Source: Armatimonadota bacterium (lineage in GTDB: Bacteria; Armatimonadota; SYMT01). Taken from it: 64,000 nt of DNA. The notes beneath the pieces are model-generated. The model searched no databases. It was not told the DNA's origin and saw only the letters and a program-made list of their open reading frames with translations. Below are positions 9,781-20,076 of the stretch, piece by piece; position 1 is the first letter of the stretch; each line of letters opens with the position of its first letter. A program made the position numbers and the translations under genes. The stretch lies in contig JAWLHY010000001.1 in the NCBI GenBank assembly GCA_041690135.1, forward strand, positions 384,001-448,000. Reading direction: 5' to 3'.

Positions 9781-10910
9781 TCACTTCTGCAACGCCTCGG
9801 CTTCCGCGGTCCACGCCTCCAGGTCCTGGACTACATTCTGAAGGCTCCGGATGCGCGCCATCAAGATCGGGTCCTGCCGGAGGCGCACCAGCAGTTCCTT
9901 CACCGTAGCCTCGTCAACCCGGATCGGCTCGGCTCCCGGTGGAACCGCGCCGTCTCCGCCGCGCGGTCCGCGTGCTCCGGGAGGCCCGGGCAACGCGGCC
10001 AGGCCGCGGTCACTCTGCGGGTTTCTTTCATCCCCCTCCGCCAACTCGCGGCGACGGCGCGCGCGGGCCGCATCGAGCGCCGCCGCAAACTCCGGAGTCC
10101 GGATGCGGATCGACCGCGCTTTCGAAACTCCCTGCTGTTCGGTCCCGGCGCCGGACCGGCCGGTGATCCGTGGCTGGGCCGAAACAACCGATCTTGAAGC
10201 GCCGCCACCAGAAGCTCCGCGCTCACCTGGGCCCACAGGCTGTCGCCCGACGCCGACAGTAACAGCAGCACGTCTCCGGAAAGCCCTGCCGGACCGGGCT
10301 TGCCCCGCGGGCCGCTGGGTCCTGGCGGCCGGAAACCTGGGTGCTCGACGGAGACATAGTAGCTGGGAACCGGCTTGCCCACGTCCCGTTCCAGTTGGCT
10401 CTCCAGTACTTCGACCTGGCTGTCCAGATCATCCAGCAGCGAGCTGAGGGCATTTCCGTAAAGGCGCGCCAGCCCCTCTGCGTCCCTCGGCACCTTCTCC
10501 GGATCCGCGGAGCGACCGCGTGGTCCCTGGGAGCCACGCGGCCCAGGCGGTCCTTGACGACCCTGGCGAAAATCGAGATTCCCGCTTGCCCGGACCTGGC
10601 ACATCACCACCGGAAGCGTGGAGGGGCGGTTGGCCACGATCTGCACCCACCGCCGAAAAGCGGTGCCCGATTTCGGGTCCTCCACCTGTATCTCGTGCCG
10701 TCCGGGGGCGAGTAGCAGCCGCCCCTCGCGGGCCACCACGGCCTGGCCATTGACGTAGGTGTGCGCCGCTGCGGGCAGTCCCCGGAGCCGGAGGGGGACG
10801 TTCTCGGCGGCCGCGACGGGTACGAGGCACGGCTGTGGCGCCTGGGCCTGAGCCACGGCCGCCACGACCAGCGAAGTCAAAAGCAGAACCGGCCCGCGTA
10901 ATTCCAGCAT
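9781..10910 (-). pseudogene. Secreted protein with PEGA-like beta domain and short collagen-like G-X-Y tracts; apparent frameshift near 10185
   Basis: GGAGAG RBS and signal peptide at ATG 10910; GPPGPRGSQGPRG and GPSGPRGKPGPAG in the first frame, GPPGARGPRGGDG in the 9781-10236 frame; GC3 bias switches frame at ~10185. Confidence 0.6.
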
Positions 10911-11051
10911 CGTTCTCTCCAGGTTCAGCACGTGAACTCTGTCCCGGCAGAAGGACACAAACCGCGGCCGGTCGCCTGGGAGTGGCTCATCCCGTTCCAG
11001 TCTTCCCAGGAGATTGGCGGCACGTAACAGAATATGTGTCCGGCATAACCC

Positions 11052-13121
11052 ATGGACATACCGATGACCACTTTCCCACCGAACGCCCAAACACCACAAC
11101 TCGTGGTCCTCTCCGGGCACACGGCTCCGGTGGAGGCGGTGGCATTCTCTCCCGACGGTCAACGCATCGCCTCAACGGGCAGGGATGGCCGGATTATCCT
11201 CTGGGACGTAGAGACCAGTACGATCCACAGGCAATGGGCCGACAGTTGTGGGGCCAAGTCCATCGCCTTTTCTCCGGACGGAGAGACTCTCATCACCGCA
11301 GAAGACGGAGTGAGTTACTGGAATGCGGACACGGGCAGGTGGGAAGGCACCTTTCCGAACGGTGGTAAGGTAGCCGCCCTTTCGGCCGACGGCGAGCAGC
11401 TCATCTCAGTGGGTGCGGAAGAAATCCAATGGTTGGATAGCCGCAGTGGACAACTGCTGCGGCGCGTGCCCCATGGCCTGGAGAGGCTGGAGATCGCCGT
11501 CATCTCCGAGGACCGCAGAACTGCCGTACTGGGAGCCTGGCATCAAGGTAGGCATCTGGTGCGAGCCTGGGATCTGCAGTCCGGAGACCTGACCATGCAG
11601 CGCCGGCTGCCGCGCCGTTTATGGTGGAAGACTCGTGACCAAAACACGGGAAGACTGCGCACGCGATGGGGCGCTCAGGCAGACCTGGAGTGCCTGGCCC
11701 TTTCTCCGTGTGGCCGGAGGCTGGCCATCGGCGGAAGGTTTACCCTGTGGATCTGCGATACCCAGACGGGTCGCCGCACCCACCTGCTGATCTGTGGTAT
11801 GGAAGGTTGCCATTCGGTAGTATTCTCGCCGGATGGCAAGTATCTCGGGGCCGGGTTATTCAGCGGAAAGTTGGTTCTCTGGCGCCTCCCCTCGGGCGAG
11901 CAAGTCTGGTGTAATTCTTCCGCACACAGGAACTGGGTGTCGGCGGTTACCTTCTCTCCGGATGGTCGCCTCCTCGCAAGTGCGAGTCACGATAAGTCGG
12001 TCGGCTTGTGGGAAGTAAGCACGGGTGAACCCTATCGCAAACTCTCCGCACTCCAGTTTGAGGCCGTAGCCCTGGCCTATTCGCCGAACGGGGAACGGAT
12101 GGCAGTCGCATACACGGACGAGTGTCTCCGCATCTGGAATGCCAGGACAGGTGCGTTGGAACGTCAGATGGCCGGTGTGCCCAAGGACGTCCGTTCGGTG
12201 GCATTCTCCCGGAACGGAAGGATGCTTTCCCTTAGCTCCAAGAAGGTGGAGGCCGATTGGGATGCCGAAAGCGGCAAGCTCCTTCATATGGAAGCGAAGG
12301 ATGGCGATGTCGGTCGTACTTGCGCTCCGCCCAGGACCGAGGCGTTGTCACCCAATGGACGAATGGCGGCTGTTTCCCAGGACTGGAAGGGCCAGATTGA
12401 GCTTCGCACTCCGGATCTTCAACAGATCTTGAAAGCCCTGCCGGAGATTGATGAAGAGGACTTCGTGGTGGCGCTCAGGTTTTCACCCGACGGCGCGATG
12501 CTGGCCGCGGGATACTCGGGCTCTCGAGTGCGGTTGTGGGACGTGGAGACCGGCGAACTGGTCCAGTTGATGCGCTCCCACGCTAACTCCAACAGTCACC
12601 TTGCATTCTCTCCAGATGGCTCTCTCCTGGCTGTTGGCGGTGACTACGATCGGCATGTGGTTCTCTGCAACCTTCGCACCGAGACGCAGCCCGTTCGGAT
12701 GGTAATGATCGCCAACGAGTGGCAGTATCTAATCACGCATCTCGATGAGTTTAACGTCTCGCCTGAAGAGATTCCGGGCGAAGAAGTCACGCTGGCCGGT
12801 CACACAGATCACATCCGCGGCATTGCCTTTGCGCCGGACGGGCGAATCGTGGCTACCGTGGCGGCGGATGCGGCCCTCAAGCTGTGGGACCCGGCCACGG
12901 GTCAGCTCCGAGCAACCCTCACTCCGCTTCCTTCCCACGGAGAGGGACCCACGGAAGAGTGGATCGCCTACACCCCGGAAGGCTACTACGTGGCCTCACC
13001 GGGCGCCGACCCCTGTATCCGCTGGCAAGCCGGCCCGGAACTCCTGCCTGCGAAAGCACACGCCGGCGTTTACTGTGACCCGGAACAGGTGGCCGCACGG
13101 TTGAATGCACAGCAAAGCTAG
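11052..13121 (+). CDS. WD40-repeat protein (probably double beta-propeller)
   Basis: Many GH...V..VAFSPDG..LAS...D..I.LWD repeats; C-terminal EWIAYTPEGYY motif. Confidence 0.92.
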   Translation: MDIPMTTFPPNAQTPQLVVLSGHTAPVEAVAFSPDGQRIASTGRDGRIILWDVETSTIHRQWADSCGAKSIAFSPDGETLITAEDGVSYWNADTGRWEGTFPNGGKVAALSADGEQLISVGAEEIQWLDSRSGQLLRRVPHGLERLEIAVISEDRRTAVLGAWHQGRHLVRAWDLQSGDLTMQRRLPRRLWWKTRDQNTGRLRTRWGAQADLECLALSPCGRRLAIGGRFTLWICDTQTGRRTHLLICGMEGCHSVVFSPDGKYLGAGLFSGKLVLWRLPSGEQVWCNSSAHRNWVSAVTFSPDGRLLASASHDKSVGLWEVSTGEPYRKLSALQFEAVALAYSPNGERMAVAYTDECLRIWNARTGALERQMAGVPKDVRSVAFSRNGRMLSLSSKKVEADWDAESGKLLHMEAKDGDVGRTCAPPRTEALSPNGRMAAVSQDWKGQIELRTPDLQQILKALPEIDEEDFVVALRFSPDGAMLAAGYSGSRVRLWDVETGELVQLMRSHANSNSHLAFSPDGSLLAVGGDYDRHVVLCNLRTETQPVRMVMIANEWQYLITHLDEFNVSPEEIPGEEVTLAGHTDHIRGIAFAPDGRIVATVAADAALKLWDPATGQLRATLTPLPSHGEGPTEEWIAYTPEGYYVASPGADPCIRWQAGPELLPAKAHAGVYCDPEQVAARLNAQQS

Positions 13122-13144
13122 ATCTTATGAGGCCAAGCTGAACT

Positions 13145-15253
13145 ATGGAGAGCCCACAGACCTATCCGGCGCCTTACGCCGGCGCACCGTCCTTGAAGAT
13201 CATGACGGGCCACGAGCCGGATTGGATCATGTCGGTTGCCTTTTCTCCCGACGGATCGCTCCTGGCCTCGACATCGGCGCGGGGAGAGGTGATTTTCTGG
13301 GATACGCATTCCGGTGAGGTGCGCGGGACCTGGTCCATCCCGAATGACTCGGTTTGGCGGCTTAGTAGGTGCGAAGAAGGGCTGCGAGCCCGAGTCGACT
13401 TGCGGTTTGGAGTGTCGCACTTGACCTTCACGCCGGATGGCGAGTCGGTGATCACGTGCGGAAACGGCATCCACCTGTGGAAGGTGAGGTCCGGCGCCTG
13501 GATAGGAACGATCCCCGGGCTGAAGGGGCCGGTGGTGTGCCCGGGTGACACGGGGACGATGATCGGGCACGACGGCGCGGGCTTCCGGGTCATCGATGCT
13601 ACCAGCGGCCGGGTGCTTCGCTCCCTCCCCTTCCGTGAAGGTCTCGGTACCCCTGGCATGTCCATGGCGGTTGCCGCGGACGGCTCCGTAGGCGCGGTGA
13701 CCCGAGTCCTGGGCAGCGAGATTGCGGTCGAAGTGTTCGATCTCCTGACCGGAGCCCGCACCCATTCACTCCGGTTTGCCCCGGATTGGGGGCACGGGGA
13801 TGGGAACCCTTTCAGCGGGAGTGGCCCGTATAGCGGTGCGCGCGCTTCCCGGGTCGCGCTTTCGCCAGAGGGTCGTTTACTGGCGATGAGCCATTCCCGC
13901 GGCCTCTGTCTCGTTGACATCGAAACCGGCAGCCTCACCCTTCTGGAAGGACTGCGAAGGGGACTGGAGTTTCTCGTCTTCTCTCCGGATGCAGCGTGGT
14001 TGGCTGGGGGATCCGAGGGGGGAGAGGTGTGGGTGTGGCACGTCCCCTCCGGCGAACTGCGGCACCACAGCCGGGGGATACGCCGCGCCGCGCCGGTGGC
14101 GTTTACCCCGGACGGAGTGTGGCTGGGCAGCGCGAGCCACAGTGCCCTCCTTCGAGTCAATGATTGGGAGTGCCGGCGAAGGCTCCTCTCGCTGGACCTG
14201 GGAGCGACCGGGGTCGCCTGGTCACCTGGTGGAGACCGGGTAGCCGTTGCTTACGACGATGGCACGGCACGCCTGTGGAACTCCAGCACCGGTGCATTGG
14301 AAAGGGTGATTCGCGGATTTCCCACCCGCGTACAGGTCCTGGCCTTTTCCCCGGATGGAAGGCACCTCCTCTCCGGCTCCACCTCTCTGGATGGAGCATG
14401 GGATACCGCCACTGGCGAGTTGGTCCGCGAGCCCGCGGCAAGTGCTTCCAGGTGTCGGACCTGCGGAGCCTACCTGTTCGAGGCCCATTCCCCAAACGGT
14501 GACCTTATGGCCTCGGCCTCCGGAAAAGAGGGCCACATCCGGGTTATACGGCGCGCCACGGGAGAGACACTGTATGACCTCGCGCCACTGCAGCCTTCCG
14601 GCGTGGTGATGCTCAAATTCTCCTCGGACGGCAACCTTCTGGCAGCAGGACACTCGTGGCAGGACGTGCACGTCTGGGATCTCCGCACGGGTGCCCTCTT
14701 ATCTTTTCTCCACGCTCACGTCGAGTGGGTCCACGCCCTCGACTTCTCTCCCGACGGATCGCTTCTAGCCGTCGGCGGGGCACACGATGAGGGCGTGGTG
14801 CTCTGCAATCTGAAAGCGCGCGCGGGCAAACACCAGTCGGTCGTGCCTCCCCACTGGCGCTCTTCCAAGGAGGGGGTGACCGAAACGCAGCGGACCTGGC
14901 CGGAACAGTACCCTGGAGAAGAGATCTACCTGGATACCGGTCACAGCCGTACTCGTGGCGTCGCTTTCTCTCCGGACGGGCGCACTGTCGCCACCGTGGC
15001 GGCGGACGCGGCGCTCAAGCTATGGGACCCCGTCACCGGTCAACTGCGGGCCACCCTCACACCGCTTCCTTCGCACGGAGAGGGTCCTACGGAAGAGTGG
15101 ATCGCCTACACCCCGGAAGGCTACTACGTGGCCTCACCGGGCGCCGACCCCTGTATCCGCTGGCAAGCCGGCCCGGAACTCCTGCCTGCGGGGGCCTACG
15201 CCGACGTTTACCGCGACCAGGCGCAGGTGACTCGCCGCTTGAGCGGGCGTTGA
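13145..15253 (+). CDS. WD40-repeat protein, paralog of 11052-13121
   Basis: VAFSPDG / LWD repeats; C-terminus nearly identical to the upstream paralog. Confidence 0.92.
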   Translation: MESPQTYPAPYAGAPSLKIMTGHEPDWIMSVAFSPDGSLLASTSARGEVIFWDTHSGEVRGTWSIPNDSVWRLSRCEEGLRARVDLRFGVSHLTFTPDGESVITCGNGIHLWKVRSGAWIGTIPGLKGPVVCPGDTGTMIGHDGAGFRVIDATSGRVLRSLPFREGLGTPGMSMAVAADGSVGAVTRVLGSEIAVEVFDLLTGARTHSLRFAPDWGHGDGNPFSGSGPYSGARASRVALSPEGRLLAMSHSRGLCLVDIETGSLTLLEGLRRGLEFLVFSPDAAWLAGGSEGGEVWVWHVPSGELRHHSRGIRRAAPVAFTPDGVWLGSASHSALLRVNDWECRRRLLSLDLGATGVAWSPGGDRVAVAYDDGTARLWNSSTGALERVIRGFPTRVQVLAFSPDGRHLLSGSTSLDGAWDTATGELVREPAASASRCRTCGAYLFEAHSPNGDLMASASGKEGHIRVIRRATGETLYDLAPLQPSGVVMLKFSSDGNLLAAGHSWQDVHVWDLRTGALLSFLHAHVEWVHALDFSPDGSLLAVGGAHDEGVVLCNLKARAGKHQSVVPPHWRSSKEGVTETQRTWPEQYPGEEIYLDTGHSRTRGVAFSPDGRTVATVAADAALKLWDPVTGQLRATLTPLPSHGEGPTEEWIAYTPEGYYVASPGADPCIRWQAGPELLPAGAYADVYRDQAQVTRRLSGR

Positions 15254-15502
15254 TCGCCAATGTCTATCGCATGTTGGTGCCCTTCGGGCGGTGTTGTGCG
15301 TTGATCGGCCGTGGTATAACCGTGGATCCTATCGTTCTGACCTGTAACGACAGCATTGGGCGTGGGCACCCGTTCACAGCACCGGAGCACGGCCAGTCGC
15401 GTGAACAGGCGGCGACTTGCCGTTGGTAACGGTACTTCTGACCGTTGAGCTCGCCAAGTTCTGGCCACGGGATTCCCCTTCTCTGCATCGGAGAAGGGGG
15501 TA

Positions 15503-15700
15503 GGGGGATGAGGTTACTTTGGTTACCGCACCCGACAGTGATGTAGAAGGCGGGCGATGAGGTTACTCCGGTCACCGTAGCCGCCAAAGTTCGTGCAGTT
15601 GGGAGTTGGGGCCGCATCAGTCACCGCAGGCACAAATGTCTTCGCACGTCGGGGAATGGGCTCCCTCTGGTCACCGTGGGTCGCAGGATGGATGCCCACG
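15503..15700. repeat. Degenerate ~49-bp tandem repeat (4 units)
   Basis: Core (G/A)GT(T/C)ACCG at 15521, 15570, 15619 and 15669, each preceded by a GGG.GATGRGG-like block. Confidence 0.55.
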
Positions 15701-15932
15701 GCTGGGAGGGCTCCTGGGCTCTCCGATTGAACCTGGAACCGCAACAATACCTATCCGCTTGCGTGGTGGAAGGCCCCCTTGCTGTCGGCTTGCCTCTCGC
15801 GCAGCGAGTCCGCGCCGGGCACCCGGGTACCCACTTGTGGGTGTGGTGGCGACTTAGTGCCGTTTCGGCCTGCGGTTTCAACCGCCGAGCGCAAACCTGC
15901 TTTTTCCGCCTGTGTGACGAAAGGACCTACCC

Positions 15933-17477
15933 ATGTCGTACCCTCCTACTGGCTACTCCCGTCGATCCGTTCTGAAGAGCCTGGTCGTGGGCTCCGCGGC
16001 CTACGTTCTGGGCGATCTGCCGGGCGAGGCGGCCGGGCGGGGAAGGCTGCCGCGGACCTCGCCGGAGGCTGCTGGGATCGATCCGGCGGCAGTTCTCGCG
16101 TTCATCGAGGGGGTGGAGCAGAAGGTCGGCGGCCTGCACAGCATGATGCTCCTGCGCCACGGCAAGGTGGCGGCGGAGGGCTGGTGGACGCCTTACGCGC
16201 CGCAGCACCCGCACATGCTCTATTCTCTCAGCAAGAGCTTCACCTCGACGGCCGTGGGCCTGGCCGTCTCCGAGGGGCTCCTCACCGTGAAGGAGCCGGT
16301 CGTCTCCTTCTTCCCGCAGGACCGGCCGGAGAAGGTGGGCGACCACCTCGCGGCGATGCAGGTGCGGCACCTGCTCTCGATGTCCACCGGGCACGATAAG
16401 GACGCCACCGGTCCCATGCGCCAGGCGCCGGACGGCAACTGGGTGAAGGCGTTCCTGGCGCTGCCGGTGGAGCACGCGCCGGGGACGAAGTTCGTCTATA
16501 ACAGCGCCGCCACTTACATGCTCTCGGCGATCGTCCAGAAGCTGACGGGCAAGACCGTCCTGGACTACCTGACGCCCCGGCTCTTCGAACCCCTAGGGAT
16601 CGCGGGGGCGACCTGGGAGTCCGACCCGCGCGGGATCAACGTCGGCGGCTGGGGGTTGAAGGTCAAGACCGAAGACATCGCCCGCTTCGGGCAGCTCTAC
16701 CTCCAGCGCGGCCGGTGGGAGGGACGGCAGGTGGTGCCGGAGGCGTGGGTCGAGGAGGCGACGCAGAAGCAGATTTCCAACGGCTCCAGCCCCAACAGCG
16801 ACTGGAACCAGGGGTACGGCTATCAGTTCTGGCGCTGCCGGCACGGGGCGTTCCGGGGCGACGGCGCTTTCGGCCAGTACTGCGTGGTGATGCCGGAGCA
16901 GGACGCCGTCCTGGCGATCACCAGCGGGGTCCGCGACATGCAGGCGGTGCTGAACGTCGCCTGGGAACACCTCCTGCCGGGCATGAGCGCCGCGCCGGCG
17001 AAGTCCGACCCGGTGGCGCTGAAGCGACGGCTATCGGGGCTGGCCGTCCTTCCTCCGCAGGGGAAAGAGACCTCTCCCACCGCGAAGACGATCGCGGGCC
17101 GGACCTTCCGCTTCGAGCCGAACGGGGAGGGTTTTGAGTCCGCCCGGTTTATCGTGCGGAATGGGCGCTGTTCCGTCACGATCCGGCACCAGGGCGAGGA
17201 ATACCGGCTCGAAGGCGGTGAGAACTGGGCTCGCGGGAAGGCCCCGCTCACCCAGGCGCTCCTGGGCGGTACCGAACCGGCTCGGGTTGCGACGCGCGGC
17301 GCCTGGGAAGCAGACGATACCTACACGCTGAAGCTTTGCTTCTACGAAACCCCCTACATCGAAACGCTCACCTGGAAGTTCAGCGGCGACCAGGTCACCC
17401 TGACCCGCCAGATGAACGTCGGCTTCGGCCCCACCGCCCGCCCGGCCCTCACGGCGAACGCGGTCGCCCAGGATTAG
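15933..17477 (+). CDS. Tat-exported serine hydrolase, beta-lactamase class C/AmpC-like family
   Basis: SRRSVLK Tat motif; SxxK (SLSKS), YNS and GYGYQFW motifs. Confidence 0.9.
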   Translation: MSYPPTGYSRRSVLKSLVVGSAAYVLGDLPGEAAGRGRLPRTSPEAAGIDPAAVLAFIEGVEQKVGGLHSMMLLRHGKVAAEGWWTPYAPQHPHMLYSLSKSFTSTAVGLAVSEGLLTVKEPVVSFFPQDRPEKVGDHLAAMQVRHLLSMSTGHDKDATGPMRQAPDGNWVKAFLALPVEHAPGTKFVYNSAATYMLSAIVQKLTGKTVLDYLTPRLFEPLGIAGATWESDPRGINVGGWGLKVKTEDIARFGQLYLQRGRWEGRQVVPEAWVEEATQKQISNGSSPNSDWNQGYGYQFWRCRHGAFRGDGAFGQYCVVMPEQDAVLAITSGVRDMQAVLNVAWEHLLPGMSAAPAKSDPVALKRRLSGLAVLPPQGKETSPTAKTIAGRTFRFEPNGEGFESARFIVRNGRCSVTIRHQGEEYRLEGGENWARGKAPLTQALLGGTEPARVATRGAWEADDTYTLKLCFYETPYIETLTWKFSGDQVTLTRQMNVGFGPTARPALTANAVAQD

Positions 17478-17609
17478 GTCTCGGGGCGACCGGCACTCAG
17501 GGGTTTGTCAGCAGATGTTCGCTTCGGTGTTCCCAGCCCGTACGGGCTTCGCAGTTTGTAGGCGTGAGTTTACTCGCCCAACCTTAGCTCGACGGCCCGC
17601 GACGGCCCC

Positions 17610-19943
17610 TTAACCCGCCGCGGGCGCTTGGTTTTTGGTGCTCCGGCGGGTGCGGGTTTCCGACCGGGGATTGGCGGTAGCCTCCGGGCCGGGGCGGGAG
17701 ACGGCCAGTACGTCCGGGATTGCGCCGATCACGCGGATCACGTGATTCAGCTCGTCCTTATTGGCGACGTCGACCACTAGATCCCACAGGGTCGAATCAC
17801 CCGGGCGAGGCCGAATATTCGCCTTCTTAATATTGATCTTCCGTTCCCCGAAGGCGGCGAAGACCGTCGCGGCCAGGCCTACTCGGTCCAATGTCTCCAT
17901 TCGGAGGGAGGTGGGGAAGCGTTCGCCGGATGTCCCGGCCCATTCGAGCTGCTGGATGCGGTGCGGCTCCTGTTCGAGCGCGGCCAGCGCGTTCGGGCAG
18001 TCCTCCCGGTGAATGGCGATGCCGCGACCCCGGGTGACGTAGCCCACCACGTCTTCCCCCGGCAGGGGGAGACAGCAGCGGGAGCGGTGGACGAACAGGT
18101 CCTCCATCCCGCCGGCCGTGATCCGGAGCTTTCCCTCGGAGACGGGGCGTCCGTCGCCGTCCGTCCCCGGCCAACCCACCACTTGCTGGCGGATGGGTCC
18201 GTGGCCGTGGAGCTTGTTCAGGATCGACGTCACCGCCACGTAGCCATGCCCGATGCCCGCCAGCAGGTCTTCCTCGTGCTGGTAGTTCATCTGTTTGGCC
18301 ACGCTCGACAGCAGTTCCGAGCGGAGCAATTCCTTGGGATCGAGCCCCAGCCGCGTCGCCTCTTTCTCCAGGAGTTCCTTGCCGCGCACCACGTTCTCCG
18401 AGTGGCGCTGTTTGCGGAACCAGGCGCGCAGGCGGCTCTTGGCGTGGCTGGTCTTCACCAGGTTGAGCCAGTCGTAGCTCGGCTGGGCGCTGGAACGGGT
18501 GATGATCTCGACGATATCGCCGTTGCGGATCTGGTAGTCGAACGGGCGCTGAACGCCGTTGACCCGCGCGCCGGTGCACTTCAGACCGAGCTCGCTGTGG
18601 ATCCGGAAGGCGAAGTCGATCGGCGTCGAGCCGACCGGCAGGTCGATGACGTCTCCTCGCGGCGTAAAGGCGAAGACCTGGTCTGTGAACAGGTCTTCCG
18701 TCACCGACCGCAGGAACTCCTGGTCCGACGACGAGTCGCTCTGCCAGTCGAACATCTGCTGCCGGAGCCAGCTCAGCTTGTCCTCGTACCGCTTTTCGAC
18801 CCGACCGCCTTCCTTATAAGTCCAGTGCGCGGCCACGCCGAAATGCGCGGTCCGGTGCATCTCCCAGGTGCGGATCTGGACCTCGATCGGCATGCCGCGG
18901 GGGCCGAGCACCTTGGTGTGGAGCGATTGATAATTGTTCGGCTTGGGGCGGGCGATATGGTCCGAGAAGAGGCCGGGGAAGGGGAGCCAGAGCTCGTGGA
19001 CCATCCCGAGAACGTTGTAGCACTCTTCCCGGGTGGTCACGATCACGCGGACGGCGATCAGGTCGTACACCTCGTCCAGCGAGAGCTTCTGCTGGCGCAT
19101 TTTGTTCCAGATGCTGTAGAGGTGTTTTACCCGGCCTTCGATATCCGCCTGGATCGGCTGGCGACCCTGGCGCTGGGCGTCCGCGTTTTCCGCGTCGAGG
19201 CGTGCCCGCAGTTCCTGGCGCACCTCTTCCAGGATCTCCTCGCGTTCCCGCCGGGTGCGGGCCAGCATGTCGGCGATGCGATCGTATTCCTCGCGGTTCG
19301 TGTACTTGAACGCCAGGTCCTCAAGCTGCCATTTGATATGCCAGATCCCCAGGCGATGGGCCAGGGGGGCGAAGATCTGGAGCGTCTCCTCGGAAACGCG
19401 GCACTGCTTTTCGGCGGGCAGGCCCTCCAGCGTCTTCATGTTGTGGAGGCGGTCCGCCAGTTTGATGATCATCACCCGCACGTCGCGCGCCATGGCGAGG
19501 AAGATCTTCCGCATGTTGGCGGCGCGCTCGTGGGCCTTTTCAATGGAGACCGGTTCGTCCCGGTTGGCGCCGGACTCTATCAGGGCGCGGCGGAACAGCT
19601 CCGTCTGCGAGAGCTTCGTTACCCCGTCCACCAGCTCCGCCACTTCTTCGCCGTACTGGGCGCGGATGGTGTCGAGACCGATGGTGGTGTCCTCGACCAC
19701 GTCGTGGAGCAACCCCGCGATGATCGTGGCGGGGTCCATGCTCAGGTCGACCAGCACGTGGGCGACCTCCAGCGGGTGCTGGATGTAAGGGACACCGGAG
19801 TCGCGAAGCTGGCCCGCGTGAGCCTCCTCCGCCATCCGGTACGCGCGGCGAAGCAGGTCCGCGTCCACATCCGGGTGGTAGGCGCGCACCCGCTCGATCA
19901 AAGGCTCGATATCCAGAGGTCGCGGTTCGGCGGCCAGCGTCAT
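17610..19943 (-). CDS. rel: Bifunctional (p)ppGpp synthetase/hydrolase RelA/SpoT (HD, synthetase, TGS, ACT domains)
   Basis: LHDVVEDT hydrolase motif, KLADRLHNM, YQSLHT, EVQIRT, TGS DFAFRIHS, CCLPLPGE. Confidence 0.97.
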   Translation of the reverse strand: MTLAAEPRPLDIEPLIERVRAYHPDVDADLLRRAYRMAEEAHAGQLRDSGVPYIQHPLEVAHVLVDLSMDPATIIAGLLHDVVEDTTIGLDTIRAQYGEEVAELVDGVTKLSQTELFRRALIESGANRDEPVSIEKAHERAANMRKIFLAMARDVRVMIIKLADRLHNMKTLEGLPAEKQCRVSEETLQIFAPLAHRLGIWHIKWQLEDLAFKYTNREEYDRIADMLARTRREREEILEEVRQELRARLDAENADAQRQGRQPIQADIEGRVKHLYSIWNKMRQQKLSLDEVYDLIAVRVIVTTREECYNVLGMVHELWLPFPGLFSDHIARPKPNNYQSLHTKVLGPRGMPIEVQIRTWEMHRTAHFGVAAHWTYKEGGRVEKRYEDKLSWLRQQMFDWQSDSSSDQEFLRSVTEDLFTDQVFAFTPRGDVIDLPVGSTPIDFAFRIHSELGLKCTGARVNGVQRPFDYQIRNGDIVEIITRSSAQPSYDWLNLVKTSHAKSRLRAWFRKQRHSENVVRGKELLEKEATRLGLDPKELLRSELLSSVAKQMNYQHEEDLLAGIGHGYVAVTSILNKLHGHGPIRQQVVGWPGTDGDGRPVSEGKLRITAGGMEDLFVHRSRCCLPLPGEDVVGYVTRGRGIAIHREDCPNALAALEQEPHRIQQLEWAGTSGERFPTSLRMETLDRVGLAATVFAAFGERKINIKKANIRPRPGDSTLWDLVVDVANKDELNHVIRVIGAIPDVLAVSRPGPEATANPRSETRTRRSTKNQAPAAG

Positions 19944-20076
19944 CCTGGGGTCACTCTCTCCTCGGCACGTGACATTAGCGCTGAGTTTATATTACCCCGT
20001 CCCGGTTGTCAGTGCCCGTTTTTGAGGTTCCTGGGGGAAGGATCAACCGGACTGAGGAAGGAACAGTAGCGCTGCT

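Noticed and set aside
12951-15190. Diversity-generating retroelement TR/VR pair
   Set aside because: The core of the two copies is identical rather than adenine-mutated, both lie in coding 3' ends, and there is no reverse transcriptase in the window
15503-15700. CRISPR array
   Set aside because: The repeats are not identical, the spacers resemble each other and are only ~21 nt, and no cas genes are present
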